From Eledone cirrhosa (taxonomy: Eukaryota), in NCBI GenBank assembly GCA_964016885.1, contig OZ024741.1, positions 316,820,001-316,884,000 of the forward strand: 64,000 nucleotides of DNA, given 5' to 3'. The notes under the pieces are model-generated. The model did not search any database, was not told the origin of the DNA, and worked only from the letters and a program-made list of their open reading frames with translations. Made by a program: the position numbers and the translations under genes. Positions 29,126 through 42,789 of the stretch are shown one piece after another (position 1 is the stretch's first letter; each line of letters begins with the position of its first letter).

Positions 29126-30084
29126 TAAGTATATATAAATTATGTACTAGTCAAGTACTGGGGTGGATTGTTCTCCTCTCTTCTTTTGATCCAAACTGGG
29201 GTGAGTTGGGCACCGCCAGGTTTTAAACACCCGAGACAAGCCGTATGTCAAGATGGTGTCCCCACTAAATAGTTTAGATATGAATTTTAACCGCCCTATA
29301 TATATATATGGTGTATATGTATTATATAATATACATGTATACGTGTACATACATGCATACATGGATATATGCCCTTGAATGTAAAGAAACTGGAATTGAT
29401 ATAGATAAGTTATGAAAAAAATATCATGTGCATATATGTGTATGTTTGTACGTCCGCTATCTACCTGATTATATCTACACACACGACCGCTCTGTCTTCC
29501 TCCTTCTTCCTACTCTCTTCTATTCCCTATCTTTTCTTCTCCCCTCCCGACTATCTCACTCTTCCTCTCTCTCCCACCTTTACACAAACACAACTTTCCT
29601 CTTAAGTGCATCACCTTGGAAATTTCCTGCTAAATAGCAAAGAGAATTTTCCCGGAAGTGTCTTAACCGTACCAATATTTGGAGGTGACCTTCAACACAG
29701 CTCTCTACTGGGATTGGCTAAACTGTCAGTTTGTGTACACACAATTAGATACATACACATACACAGTTACACAGTTACTCAGTCATACATGCGTAGACAC
29801 TTCCATTTACACACGTACATTTACAGCGTACTTTTATACATGCATACACAACAATATATGCATACATATATTTATATATGTCTGAATATATACATGAACA
29901 CACACTCACCCATCTTTATATATATATATAATCAAAGAAAAAAAGAGTGCTCTCTGTACAGAACAGAGCTATTTAATTAGAAAATAAACAACACAAAATA
30001 TAACTACTCCATTACCAAAGGTTTCTGGATCCCAGACAATATTAATATACGTCTGGATCGGTCATCAGACAGAGATACAGTTGT

Positions 30085-30686
30085 AGTTCCTGTCTGTTTG
30101 TTTGTTTGTTCACGAACTCCTCCTATGGTTTTGGAGATAGACCCCATAACCATATATATTCTGAAACTACATTGCTCAGGGTATTTGGATAAGTATATTT
30201 CATTTTAATCAAAGGGTTCCCCGGGGGAACAAAGCCCCGCTGAAAACCCCCGCTGAAATTTGTTTCCCTTCGATTTATATAATATTTAAACCATAGGCAA
30301 ATGACTATAATATTAAGACACCCTAATGGTGGTTTAAACCCCCTATAGTGAAAATTTGGAAGCCCATAACTTTAGTATTGGAACTTTGAATTTCTAATTT
30401 GAAAATAATGCTTTACACAAAAATGAAATGATCAAGTTTTGAATTGATATTTTGAAAAAAATTATTTACAAGAAACAAAATAAGAATAATATTTAATAAT
30501 TTTGATTTGATATATTACAAAAAATAATGTTTTCCAATTTTTCATGCATTACATTTTACATTGAGTAATATTGAAATGCAGACTTTTTCTCCATAAATTA
30601 TAAAATTATATCATTGATTTAAAATCAGTCATCAGTTTTTTACAAAAAAATGTGTGATACGCAGCAACGCGTGGGTAATTCGGGTA

Positions 30687-30688
<2 letters not shown>
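30085..30688 (+). mobile_element. Possible HINE/Helitron-like non-autonomous element
   Basis: Starts with a (TTTG)n-like TGTCTGTTTGTTTG and ends GCAACGCGTGGGTAATTCGGGTAGT (degenerate hairpin plus CTAG) before (TA)n. Confidence 0.4.
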
Positions 30689-30721
<33 letters not shown>

Positions 30722-30726
<5 letters not shown>

Positions 30727-31598
30727 TGCGAGGTTTTTGATATGAAATCGTGTGTCGAAACAAATATTGTTATACTTGGGGATGGTCATATTGTTGTAAT
30801 AATATTGCCGGAAATAATAACAGAACACACTCACTGTTCGGTTAGTTTTCGCTTCTGTATCTTTTATATCTCCACAGTTAATTCATTCGGTCCCCAATGT
30901 TTACCATTGACTGACCAACGGTCAAAAATACAGATATAATATAGATATAAACACATATATATAGTCTAACAAAGTTCTTTCGTTGCACATCTGCAACGTT
31001 GTCAGTGGTGCTATTATGTTCCTCCTGCTGTATTGTATATCTATGCCACCTTTATTTTATCTGTTTATTTATTTATTTATTTATTTATTTTAGTCTTCTT
31101 CTCTGCGCATGCGTTTGCTTGTGTGTATAGTGTTTGGTGTGTGTTCGCGTTTGGGTGATTGTGTTTTGGTTATTATATTCTATCTTAGTTTACTAGTGTG
31201 TGTTTATATGTGGTTGTTGCTATTGTGCTTGTGTATATATTTATTTATTTATCTATTTATATTTCTCTTAAGTCAGTATTGTTTGTTTTGGCGTTGTTGT
31301 TATTCCATTCATTTATTTCTGTTTAGCTTTGGCCTTCTAAGTTCTATTTCACTTGCCTCTCTGATTTGCCTATCTGCTGGGTCATTTCTATGTTTAGATA
31401 TTTTAATTTATATGTTATCTTGTTGTCTGGCGTGTTCGTATAGTACGGAACCGTTTTTTCGTCCTTTTAGTTCCCCCCCAGTGTTGGTCTATCCTTTCTC
31501 CTATGCTACGGGCCGTCTCGCCTATGTACGTTGTTGTCATGTTTCTGTAAGTACCCTCTGTACATCTTATGCTATAGATTACGTTTCTAGTTTTACAG
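30722..31598 (-). mobile_element. Second copy of the GIY-YIG PLE 3' fragment
   Basis: Collinear with 14711-15545 and ends at (TA)n. Confidence 0.88.
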
Positions 31599-32290
31599 TG
31601 TATATAGAAGTTCCGACGATATTGCTACTAAACTTTGCCTTTCTATCGGACTGCAATGCGAAGAACGACATCCATCCATGGGCGTTTGTCGGTCTTCACC
31701 ATCCCCCTGAAAAATACAAAAGCAAAGAAAACCAAGTACCCTTGTGTCTCGGTGAGGCAAGCCAACGGTCTCAGTCAAGCCCAGTCGCAGATGCCTTTCC
31801 TTTGATTCAAATCTGAGGAGTGCTCAGCCAGTTGCTCGTCAATTTCACAAGTATTCTATTGATCGAATAATAGGAATATTCGCCGTCGAAACGGACGGAG
31901 ATCCATTCAAATTCACAGCTAATATGGACATTCCAATACAGACATTATAATACTTGAAATACTTAAAAATATTTACATGAAGTGCGAAGTGTTCGCATAT
32001 TTCACTAAAGTGTCATTCCAGGAACTAATTTGTGAGTCATTCTTAAATCTTTGAAAGTTTTACCACATACACAACAACAACAACAACTGTAATAGTCGTA
32101 CGAAACAAGCATTTGTAAAGGCACGTGGCTTCGAGGTTATACTGTTCTACTCACGATCGTAAGTTTCTGTATACGATTCATGGCAGTGTATTATGTCCTT
32201 GAACATGATACTTTATTTCACGCTTGTTTTTAACAGGCCACCTTCCAGGTGTTATTGTTAAAAAGAAAAGGAAATTTTCGTCGTCTAGAA

Positions 32291-32612
32291 CAGAGGTTCC
32301 CAACCACCCGGCCGCGGACCGGTACTGATCCGTGGATCATTTGCTACCGGGCCGCAAAGAAATAATTAATTTGTTTAAAATTATATAATAGATAAATTGA
32401 ATATTGGACTTTAATTTTAAAAGATTTGTTTAAATATTCGATATTCATATACTCAATACACTTTTTCTTCCCTTTAATAAATCGCTCATTTTTAATAAAT
32501 TGCTCTCTTTATCAAAATGCACTTAAATAACACATATGTCCAACTACCGGTCCACGGAAAGATTGTCCGGCATGAAGCCGGTCAGTAATATAATAAAGGT
32601 TGGAGACCACTG
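32291..32612. mobile_element. hAT (Charlie-type) MITE with an 8-bp TSD GTCTAGAA
   Basis: TIRs CAGAGGTTCCCAACC / GGTTGGAGACCACTG. Identical GTCTAGAA at 32283-32290 and 32613-32620. Confidence 0.9.
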
Positions 32613-32807
32613 GTCTAGAATTTTTTAAGGTTTTGAAGGTTCTAGATAACGTGAATATTTATAGCTTATGAATTAACAAGCAGCGTTCTTCCTCTACAAA
32701 TCCAATTTCAGTTATAATTTGGTCTAGGAAGTTGGTAAATATCCAGGAGCCTCACTAAGAATAGGTATGAAACTCAACATTAGGTGATTCAGTAGATATG
32801 TGATTTA

Positions 32808-33350
32808 CTGAATTGCAAAAGCTGGAGCAGTAATGCGCCAGCTTCAGTATTCGGTAATCAGAAGAAAGCGGGTAGGCGTAAAAGCCAAACTTGTTGTGTT
32901 AAATTCGGTTTAACTTACCTATGGTCATGAATCTTAGATAATGAGCGAAAGAATACGATCGCGAATACAAGCGGCCGAAATAGGATTCCTCCGAAGGGTC
33001 TTTGGAGTAATGTTACTCGATAAAGTGCGTATCTAAGAGATCAGAGATCACTCCTTGTAGAGCCGCTAATTCTCCGAATTGAGAGAGCACAGCTCCGATA
33101 CTATGGGCATGTGGCTAGAATGTTTCAGGAAAGAATCGCTGGAAAGATTTTACGGGCAAAACCAACCAGCAGGAGACCCATGGATAGACCCCGAGCAAGA
33201 TGGTTGGAGAACATCCATGAGCTTGACTGGTCTCGTTTGGGGATCCAGCCGGATCAGTTCGAGACGGCTGCTTCTGACAGGATCCTCCGGAGGGAGTTTC
33301 TGAAGACTTTTCCCCTACAACCCTCTCAGGAATAAGTGGGCGAAGAAGAC
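32808..33350 (+). pseudogene. RTE (Expander-like) LINE 3' fragment
   Basis: Homologous to 22225-22760 and 42790-43350; YGHVARMFQERIAGKILRAKPT.RRP..RPR.RW. Confidence 0.8.
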
Positions 33351-33628
33351 TAAGGAAAGTACCAATATTAGCACCAAATGCTAAAGCAGAATGTGTACAT
33401 GTGAAACCACGTCATGTTCTTATTAATATATATATATATATATATTTATTATAAGAACAGATTAAAGTTTAAGCAAAGAATCGCTGCTTTCACCCTTAGT
33501 AATTCTGTTCTTATAATAAATATTTGCTCTACGAGTTTTATATATATACATATATACATATATTTTATATATATATATATATAATCCTTATCGAGCCCTC
33601 TTCGGATTTTAGTCTGCACATTTATTAT

Positions 33629-33662
<34 letters not shown>

Positions 33663-33769
33663 GTGGGGATGTTAGTATTGTTAGTTGGGGGAGGGCCGGA
33701 GTGGGGGTGGGGTGTTAGTATTATTAGTTGTGGGTGGGCCAAGGGGTGGGAGCGGTGAGACTGAGAAGG

Positions 33770-33929
<160 letters not shown>

Positions 33930-34649
33930 ATATATATGTAAATATATATATGTATGTATGTATATATATTCTATTCATATAGCGTACGTCGCAGAATCTG
34001 CTTTCTATCACAGATGTTTATTAATTAATCGCGCAAAGAAACGAGATCGGATTAATTAGTATGAATATCTGAAACCACATTAATAGTAAGATTACGAAGT
34101 CAAACAATCTCCAACAATGGATTAACAGTACGATTGCTTTTAGCTGTTTTAATAACATTAATCATAAGAACGACTTCATGTCGATATCGTTGAACTTTAT
34201 CCTTTTACCTAACAAACCCCTCACATTAGCGCCCTTAATCTCGCCCCTATGCGTATAAGACAATACAGATGACAAGATGACAATGATGTGGATCAAATTA
34301 GAAACGTTTTTGAAAAAAAAGGCCGTCCATGTTCATTCAATGTCAGCATGTGTTAAAATTACATTGGATTTAATCGGACTAGACGCCTTTGGTTTTAACT
34401 TGATATCATTATGACACTTTCCTTTCAATCTTATTTCTCTCTTCTCGATAAAGGGTTTAACCCAAAACGTCAGATTTTTTTTTTCATCCGGAGTAAATAT
34501 TTTCATTGTACAGTTTTTACATTTTCACACACACATTGTACATCACGTGCTTTCTTTTTTCCATGTTTTACCCTCACACGTTTTTCAATTGTCTATCCCT
34601 TCTCCCACTTTATTTTTCTCCTCTGTGTCATATATATAATATACCATCT

Positions 34650-35655
34650 TCACCCTACATACCCCCCCCCCGGCCTGAACTTCCCCCCTATTCCTTTAGC
34701 CTTCGACCCCCCCGCACACACATCCCCCACTAACACCACTAACACACTTCTCAGTCTCACCGCTCCCACCCCTTGGCCCACCCACCACAACTAATAATAC
34801 TAACACCCCCACCCCCACCCCGGCCCTCCCCCAACTAACAATACTAACATCCCCACCCCTCCCCCTAGCACCCGCGCACCAACACACCCGACACGCACAC
34901 ACCCACCTGTACATATATACACGCACTCACCATACTACCACCACTAACCCCCACCCGCACATCCACATCTGACCACCCACAACTAATATTACTAACATTC
35001 CCCAACACACCATCTCCTCACCCCCACACACGAACACACACCATCACACATACACCCACCCACACCTACGTACACACTGATACACCACCCACTCCACACA
35101 CCCAACCACCACTAACCCCCACTCACACACCCGCATTCAACCCGCTCCCCACCCCTCTCCATCCACACACACGCACACACCGACTTACACTCCATGGAAC
35201 CTCGTTCTTCCCCCAACTCTCACATTCACATACACACACACGTACACCTACACCTATACACAAACACCACCTTCAGCCCTCCCCGCTCTGACCCCCGCCT
35301 CCCTCTCCCTGCTCTGACCCCCGCCTCCCTCTCCCCTCTCCAGCCCCCTCCACCCACCACCACCCCTACACGCCTCACACCATTTCACCCCTTGTTTATT
35401 TTTATTTTTATTTTTATTTGTACTTTTTAAAAATGTCCTTACTCTCTAAAAAAAATTGCCCCCCCCCCATTTTTTAAATGTCTTTCCACCACTCCCCCAC
35501 ACACCCTTGGAACTCTCTTCCTCTCCCACTGTTCTCCTGATGAAGGGCTTATGCCCGAAACGTCGTCCCCGACCCCCCACTCTTAAGCGTGAAACTAAAA
35601 ACAATATCATTTGTACTGCCTTTCTGTTTTTTGTTCTCTGTTCATTTATTAAACT
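34650..35655 (+). mobile_element. C/A-rich putative PLE 3' region with a hammerhead-like core at 35537-35567
   Basis: CTGATGA-A-GGGC ttat GCCC-GAAAC gtc GTC. Homologous to 1660-2515 and ends at (TA)n; stem I is not evident. Confidence 0.6.
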
Positions 35656-35971
35656 ATATATATATATATATATATATGTAACGAAGGAGTTGTGGTAAGG
35701 AACCAAATGGACCATAACATAGCCGTCGAAACGGCTTTAGCTCTGCCGTCGGGGTCATACTTTTTCCTATATATATATATGATATATATATATACATATA
35801 AGAAAATGATTTTTTTATTAAAAAAAAAAGAAAAAACATATCTTATACGGGTGAAAGTATAAGGAAAAGAAATTGAAAATGCAACTGGAGGTCTTTTCAG
35901 GATATTTATTTATTTACTTTACCGGTTTCTCAGTTCTTGTGCTAACAGAAACACAAACCCTCCATCTCAAT

Positions 35972-36015
35972 TTTACTTTTGAAAAGCATAAGAACTGTGA
36001 AACCGGTAAAGTAAA
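35972..36015 (+). ncRNA. Type I hammerhead ribozyme with a U3-A8 covariant core
   Basis: TTTACTT-TTGAAAA-GCA taagaac TGT-GAAAC CG GTA-AAGTAAA, inside the fold-back at 35858-36068. Confidence 0.65.
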
Positions 36016-36087
36016 TAAATAAATATTCTTAAAAGACTCCAGTTGCGTTTTCAATTTCTTTTCCTTATATTCACACACACACACACA

Positions 36088-36192
<105 letters not shown>

Positions 36193-36294
36193 ACACACAC
36201 ACACACACATATATACTTTTTTACCCCTGTAGGGTGCTCCAGTCGACTGGTCTAATCCATGCTGGGACACCGCCATTGCCACTACATTTTTTCC

Positions 36295-37780
36295 AGCCAA
36301 CTTCCATAGCTGGCCATTGATGCAGGAGGGAGTTAGTCGCTGCTCTCCTTATTTGTATTTCATCTCGCGCTGTGGATTCATCTGGAATCATGGTTAGTAA
36401 AATGTCGAGATGCTTCTTAAAATGTCTACATCTCTTTGAACCCCAGGCTGTTGCAGTATCTGGTCTTTATTTTAGATGTGAATGATTAAACCTTTGGCAC
36501 TCCTCAGTGGCATCCTGTTCAAGGGTTGGTACAGCTTTCAATTCTAGGCCTTCCAAGATCTCCCATTTGTATATCTCTGCATATAGCTCCCGTCTTCGTT
36601 CCAGGGAGTACAAGTTTAGTTCTTTCAACCTCTCCCAATAACTCATCTCTTTCACTTGGTGTACCTTTGTTGGATTGCTTCAAATTCTGTGGTTAGTTTG
36701 ACACTGTCGGGTGACCATAGCTGAAAGTAATAGTTCAGTCGGTTGAAGACAAATGTTCTCCAGAGGACCAATATGGTTTCTCGGTCTTTTGCCCTGAATG
36801 TACACAGAATCCAACTAGCCAGTCATCTGCACATTGTTGGCCTGTTGTTGATGTGTGCGTGAAACGATGCATCATTGCTCATGTCTATAGCTAAGTCTTG
36901 TATTGATTTCGACTCGAGGATTTCGATTCCTCTTGGTCCAGTATAGCTTAGTTGTAGTGGACTTGAATTTTCGGCTTGATAGCACAAGGTTTGAAAATTT
37001 CCGGCAACCCATTTGTATATGACACCCAAATCTTGTAAGAGAGTAACAATAACGTAATGATGGAGACTGTCAGTACTACAGAGGGGATGTATGTGTAAGG
37101 CAGCTTCTTCCCGAGCGAAAGCCATGGTGGTTGTCAGTTAGTAGGCTATTTTCTTCTAGGAACGTTCCTTCTGACGACTCGTTCAATGCGTTCAATGACT
37201 TTGCTGATATATGAGGTATGGGAGACAGGTTTCTAGTTCTTAACATCTTCCCTGTTTCCACCTTTATTATGCATTCTTTTTTTTTTTTTTAGCTTTCCGG
37301 GTAGTTTACCACTTGCAAGGGAACTTTAGAAGATGATCTGTATTGGTATTGCTAAGGTTCATTTGCATGTTTTTAGGAAGATTGCTGGGAATCTATCAAG
37401 ATCAGCAGCTGAATCTGGTTTCATTTTATCTATAGCTGATATTACATCTTTCTCCTAGATTAGTGCCAGATTAGTGTTTTTTTGACATTATAGCGCTACA
37501 CGGAGAAATGGCAGCCATCAATGTATATAGTTGATGGTTGCCATTTCTCCGTGTAGCGCTATAATGTCAAAAAACACTAATCTGGCTTATTTATTTGCAT
37601 ATGTCTCATCGGGGATGTGAAAGCACTTTTATATTGCTCGTTCAGTGCTTTGTTTATCCCTTGGGGGTCTGCGGTCAGTGAACCATTTTTATGTTAAAGT
37701 GACCCTATCTTGTAGTGTACCGAGGCGGTCTCTTTCGTGAAATTAAAGAAAGCCTTAAGGTTTGTTTTATGGGATTACTT
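36295..37780 (-). pseudogene. CR1-like LINE remnant with internal deletions
   Basis: FLEENSLLTDNHHGFRSGRSCLT and MSYWERLKELNLYSLERRRE.Y. Confidence 0.78.
37465..37586. repeat. 57-bp-arm palindrome inside the CR1 remnant
   Basis: Arms 37465-37521 and 37531-37586. Confidence 0.9.
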
Positions 37781-37862
37781 CTTGTATTTTAGTTGTATAT
37801 TTAACCGGTTTGAGTTGTATATTTAACTTATTTATTTCATATATGTATGTATACTATATATA

Positions 37863-38622
37863 CTAGCAGAAAAACCACCCCCGGGTGGTTTTCTACTAGC
37901 ATGTGTATTGTACATATTGATATTATACGCAAATACATATGCACGTAGATATAATGTATCAAATAAAATCGTAATTGACAATAGGCACAGAAATTGAAGA
38001 GAGACTGTGTTACACTGTCTTCTGTAATCAGTAAAATAATCCATGTTACATTTAAAAAAGAGGATATTATATATAAATGCATTGCAGTGAAATGTAATGA
38101 AAACGAAAAAGGAGAAAATTAGCGACGGAAATATAAACGTTATATAATGATGTAAATATATGAACGTTTATATAAGCGATGTGATATAGCGTACGGTCAC
38201 TAATCGGAAGTTAGACATTTGAAAATTTTAAAAGAAGTGAATCTTAAAACAAGAATCTTAAAACAAGCAATCATTATATGTAAGAATATATATATGTTGA
38301 ATCAACAGCTACGAAATTTAGTACATAAATTATGTAATATTCATTCATTGAAGGCGGTGGATTGGCAGTATCGGTCGGACGCCATGCTTTGACGCATAGA
38401 GTTACGGCCCTTGCCATTCTGAGTTCAAATCCCGCCGAGGTTAACTTTGCCTTTCATCCTTATGGGGTCGATAAAATAAAGTACCAGTAATACACTGTGG
38501 TTTTGCTGGCCTTGTGCTAAAAGTAGAAACAATTATTTATTTAAAGTAATCCAACTTATTTTACTAACGGGATAAAAAAAATATATTCAGGACACAGTCC
38601 CGCACTCCCCCCTTTATTATAT
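37863..38622 (-). mobile_element. Non-autonomous Helitron-like element with a nested SINE (38350-38532)
   Basis: Collinear with 7373-7858 except for the SINE inserted at TATTCATTCATT. Perfect 3' hairpin AAAACCACC..GGTGGTTTT plus CTAG. Confidence 0.78.
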
Positions 38623-38642
38623 TATATTATATTTTATGTATG

Positions 38643-39510
38643 TTCTTCTGGTTTTATAATTTCACAAAGTTTTACCAATAGAGAGAGAGTCGGTTTCTAA
38701 CATAGACACAAGACTCTCTCATTGGAATTTACACAACATCAACTAGGTAGATATGTATGTATGCATGCATGTGTAGATATGGATTTTATTGTATGTGTGG
38801 ATGTGTATGTTTTGAGTTGTATGTGTGCATGTGTATATGCTTTGTATCTGTACATGTGTATATGCAGTTATTAGATGCAACATTTTTGGAATGTTTTACA
38901 TATTTTTACTGTTCCATTAATGGATTGTACTTGTAGTTTCCTAACTAGTTGTGTTCTTTCTGTTCCTGTGAAGCCTAGCTTCTCAAGATTTGTATTGAGG
39001 CAGTTACTAACATATCCCAGTGCCCCAATAATCGCAGGCATAAATCTGAAGGTGTAATCAGGGTGGAGTATCTGCAGATTTCTCATCAGTTCTGCATAAA
39101 TATTCTCCTTTTCACTAATCTTTGGTATTATATTGGCATCTGCTGGGCAGCTAATTTCCACTACTGTGCATGTTTTCTTCTCCCTGTCCCATATCATAAT
39201 ATCTGGTCTGTTATGCCTGCATTTTATTGGGGTTTTTACTGGAACATTCCACCAGTACTCTTTCATATTATGTACATGGATGTCTTCCACATTGCTGTAG
39301 TTTTCAATGTGTTTATTATCGGGGCTATATTTTTTACGAACTGCATTGTACAGTGTTTTCGCCAGTACATCATGCCTCATAGGTAGATAGTACCGCGATG
39401 ACATCTTTGGGCAGCTGCTGATGACATAGGTGATATCCTCGATGTTAGTTCTGCAAAGTCTGCACTTGTTATCACACCTAGGTGTTTTGCCTGCATCCCT
39501 ATCTCTTTTG
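38643..39510 (-). mobile_element. 5'-truncated RLE-type non-LTR retrotransposon (R4/Dong-like), copy A
   Basis: ORF 38871-39626 has CRLC...C, RHD, RPDIMIWD...VVEISCP and EKENIY (PD-(D/E)xK nuclease). Bounded by TATG repeats. Confidence 0.88.
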
Positions 39511-39590
39511 TATGTATGTATGTATGTATGTATGTATGTATGTATGTATGTATGTATGTATGTATGTATGTATGTATGTATGTATGTATG

Positions 39591-41040
39591 TTCTTCTGGT
39601 TTTATAATTTCACAAAGTTTTACCAATAGAGAGAGAGTCGGTTTCTAACATAGACACAAGACTCTCTCATTGGAATTTACACAACATCAACTAGGTAGAT
39701 ATGTATGTATGCATGCATGTGTAGATATGGATTTTATTGTATGTGTGGATGTGTATATTTTGAGTTGTATGTGTGCATGTGTATATGCTTTGTATCTGTA
39801 CATGTGTATATGCAGTTATTAGATGCAAATCTTTTGGAATGTTTTACATATTTTTACTGTTCCATTAATGGATTGTACTTGTAGTTTCCTAACTAGTTGT
39901 GTTCTTTCTGTTCCTGTGAAGCCTAGCTTCTCAAGATTTGTATTGAGGCAGTTACTAACATATCCCAGTGCCCCAATAATCATAGGCATAAATCTGAAGG
40001 TGTAATCAGGGTGGAGTATCTGCAGATTTCTCATCAGTTCTGCATAAATATTCTCCTTTTCACTAATCTTTGATATTATATTGGCATCTGCTGGGCAGCT
40101 AATTTCCACTACTGTGTATGTTTTCTTCCCCCTGTCCCATATCATAATATCTGGCTGCATTTAATTGGGGTTTTACTGGAACATTCCACCAGTACTCTTT
40201 CATATTATGTACATAGATGTCTTCCACATTCTTGTAGCTTTTAATGTGTTTATTATCGGGGATATCTTTTTTACGAACTGCATTGTACAGTGTTTTGGCC
40301 ACTACATCATGCCTCATAGGTAGATAGTACCGCGATGACATCTTTGGGCAGCTGCTGATGACATGGGTGATATCCTCGATGTTAGTTCTGCAGAGTCTGC
40401 ACTTGTTATCACACCTAGGTGTGTTGCCTGCATCCCTATCTCTTTTGTGAATCAGGTATTTCGTGCTAATCTCCTGTTCTTGGATTGCAAAAGCGTATCC
40501 TTCAAAGTGGGAGCCAATATAGCGGTTGTTGGTCCAAGATAGACTACTTTCCTTATCTATATTACTCTCACTCTGGGGCTTCCTGGCAACATATCCATGC
40601 ATGATTTTTGCTGATAGGCATGCAGTTTTTCATCCATGGATTCACTGCGATACTGCTGAGCGACATCCCTGGGTGTGAGTTTTTGATTAACACAGGGAAT
40701 ATCTCTCAAGGAGTTCCTTCCCAACTCTCATGATCTTATCTGTTTCATGCAGATAGACTTGCTCGAGAAGCGGGCTCCTACGCTTCGAGGTTCGTAGATG
40801 TTGTAGGAGAGATATGATGCGACATTCAAATGTTGTCTGGACTGATGTTAGGCCTCTGCCTCCCTGCTTACGTTTCAAGTAAAGGCGGTCTATGTCACTG
40901 TTGATGTGGAAGTTTCCGGTGTTGTTCAGTATTTTTCGAGTTCCAACATCAACGGCTCGGATTTCGTCTATCGTCCAATTGAGTATTCCAAACGTCGGTG
41001 TTAGGACAGGCACAGCAAACACATTGTGAGCCACTGTTTT
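39591..41040 (-). mobile_element. 5'-truncated R4/Dong-like retrotransposon, copy B (RT thumb + CCHC + RLE)
   Basis: DIDRLYLKRKQGGRGL, FAIQEQEIST, CRLCRTNIEDITHVISSC, RHD and PDIMIWD motifs. Same 3' end as copy A, with (TATG)n on both sides. Confidence 0.9.
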
Positions 41041-41137
41041 GTATGTATGTATGTATGTATGTATGTATGTATGTATGTATGTATGTATGTATGTATGTAT
41101 GTATGTATGTATGTATGTATGTATGTATGTATTTATG

Positions 41138-41418
41138 TTCTTTAAAATTTCACAAATTTTTGCCTATAGAGAGAGTCGGTTTCTAACATAGACACAAGAT
41201 TCTCTCATTGGAAGTTACACATCAACTAGGTAGATATGTATGCATGTCTCCATGCATGCATATGTGTGCAGGTATGGATGTTATTGTATGTGTGGATGTA
41301 TATGTTTTGGAGTTGTATGTGTGCATGTACATATGCTTTGTAACTGTACATGTGTATATGCAGTTATGAGATGCACATCTTTTGGAATGTTTTACATATT
41401 TTTACTGTTCCATTAATG
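41138..41418 (-). mobile_element. Short diverged 3' end of the same R4/Dong-like family, copy C
   Basis: Homologous 3' UTR and last codons ([12 protein letters not shown]) between (TATG)n tracts. Confidence 0.85.
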
Positions 41419-41477
41419 TATGTATGTATGTATGTATGTATGTATGTATGTATGTATGTATGTATGTATGTACGTAC

Positions 41478-41552
<75 letters not shown>

Positions 41553-41753
41553 TGTGCTTATATTTATTGTTTACTTCGCTTCGTTGTCTGAGACGTGACA
41601 TATGTTGTGGTTGCTACTGTATGTCACTCTATTGGTTTTCTATTGTTTACAAATATATTTAACGTTATATAGAGCAAGGTCATATATAGGTATATGTATT
41701 ATAGATAGATTATATGTATGTATGCATGTATGCAAGTATGTATTTATGTATGC

Positions 41754-41827
<74 letters not shown>

Positions 41828-41889
41828 ATATATACATGCATGGATGAATGAATACCTGGATTGTATAGGTGTATGTACGTATGTTTGTT

Positions 41890-41966
<77 letters not shown>

Positions 41967-42631
41967 GGCGTGTCGTTTACTTGCTAGGGCGTTTTCCCAT
42001 GACTGTAAGGCTGTGAAATCGATTCACGGCGGTGTGTTGTGTCTTTGAACACGACACATTTCATTTTGCTCTAGTCCGCTCAAGCTGGCAAAAATAAGTT
42101 ATACTTGTAATTTAAAGGGCCAGCTTTGTTACATTGTGTCACGCTGAATCTCACTGAGAATCGGGTTTAGTATACACGTGTATGAGGGGTGTTCAGCCAT
42201 TACATGTTAATACCACAGTAGCAGGTTGTTCCGTTGATCAGATCGACTGGAGCACTTGGCAGGATATATCTTTCTGATAGTTAACGGGCGCAATAAAGAG
42301 GGATTAGCTGTGCCGGTTTCAATCCTTCATTGTAAGCTCATTAGTAATTCAAATTATTAAAAGAAATATCATATTCTTTTACTGGTATCAGGCATTGGAC
42401 CTTAGCCATATTAGGTGGTCTTCTTGATGGAATCTAGGTTGGTTTTATCGACCGTAATAATACATTATCAGCCTAGTAGATATCTTTTTGCCGAACTGCT
42501 AAGTTACATGACATAAACGCAAACGAAAACACGCACGACGTCCCCACGACTCCCTTGGGATGAGTTGCGGGACCAATGTATATATATATATATATACGAA
42601 AATATATATATATATATAACGAAAAAACACT

Positions 42632-42705
<74 letters not shown>

Positions 42706-42789
42706 AGTGTTTTTTCGTTATTTCATAGGCTGAAATTCGATTCTCGCTAACTTTTACTTGTATATATATATATATATATATTCTTTTTC

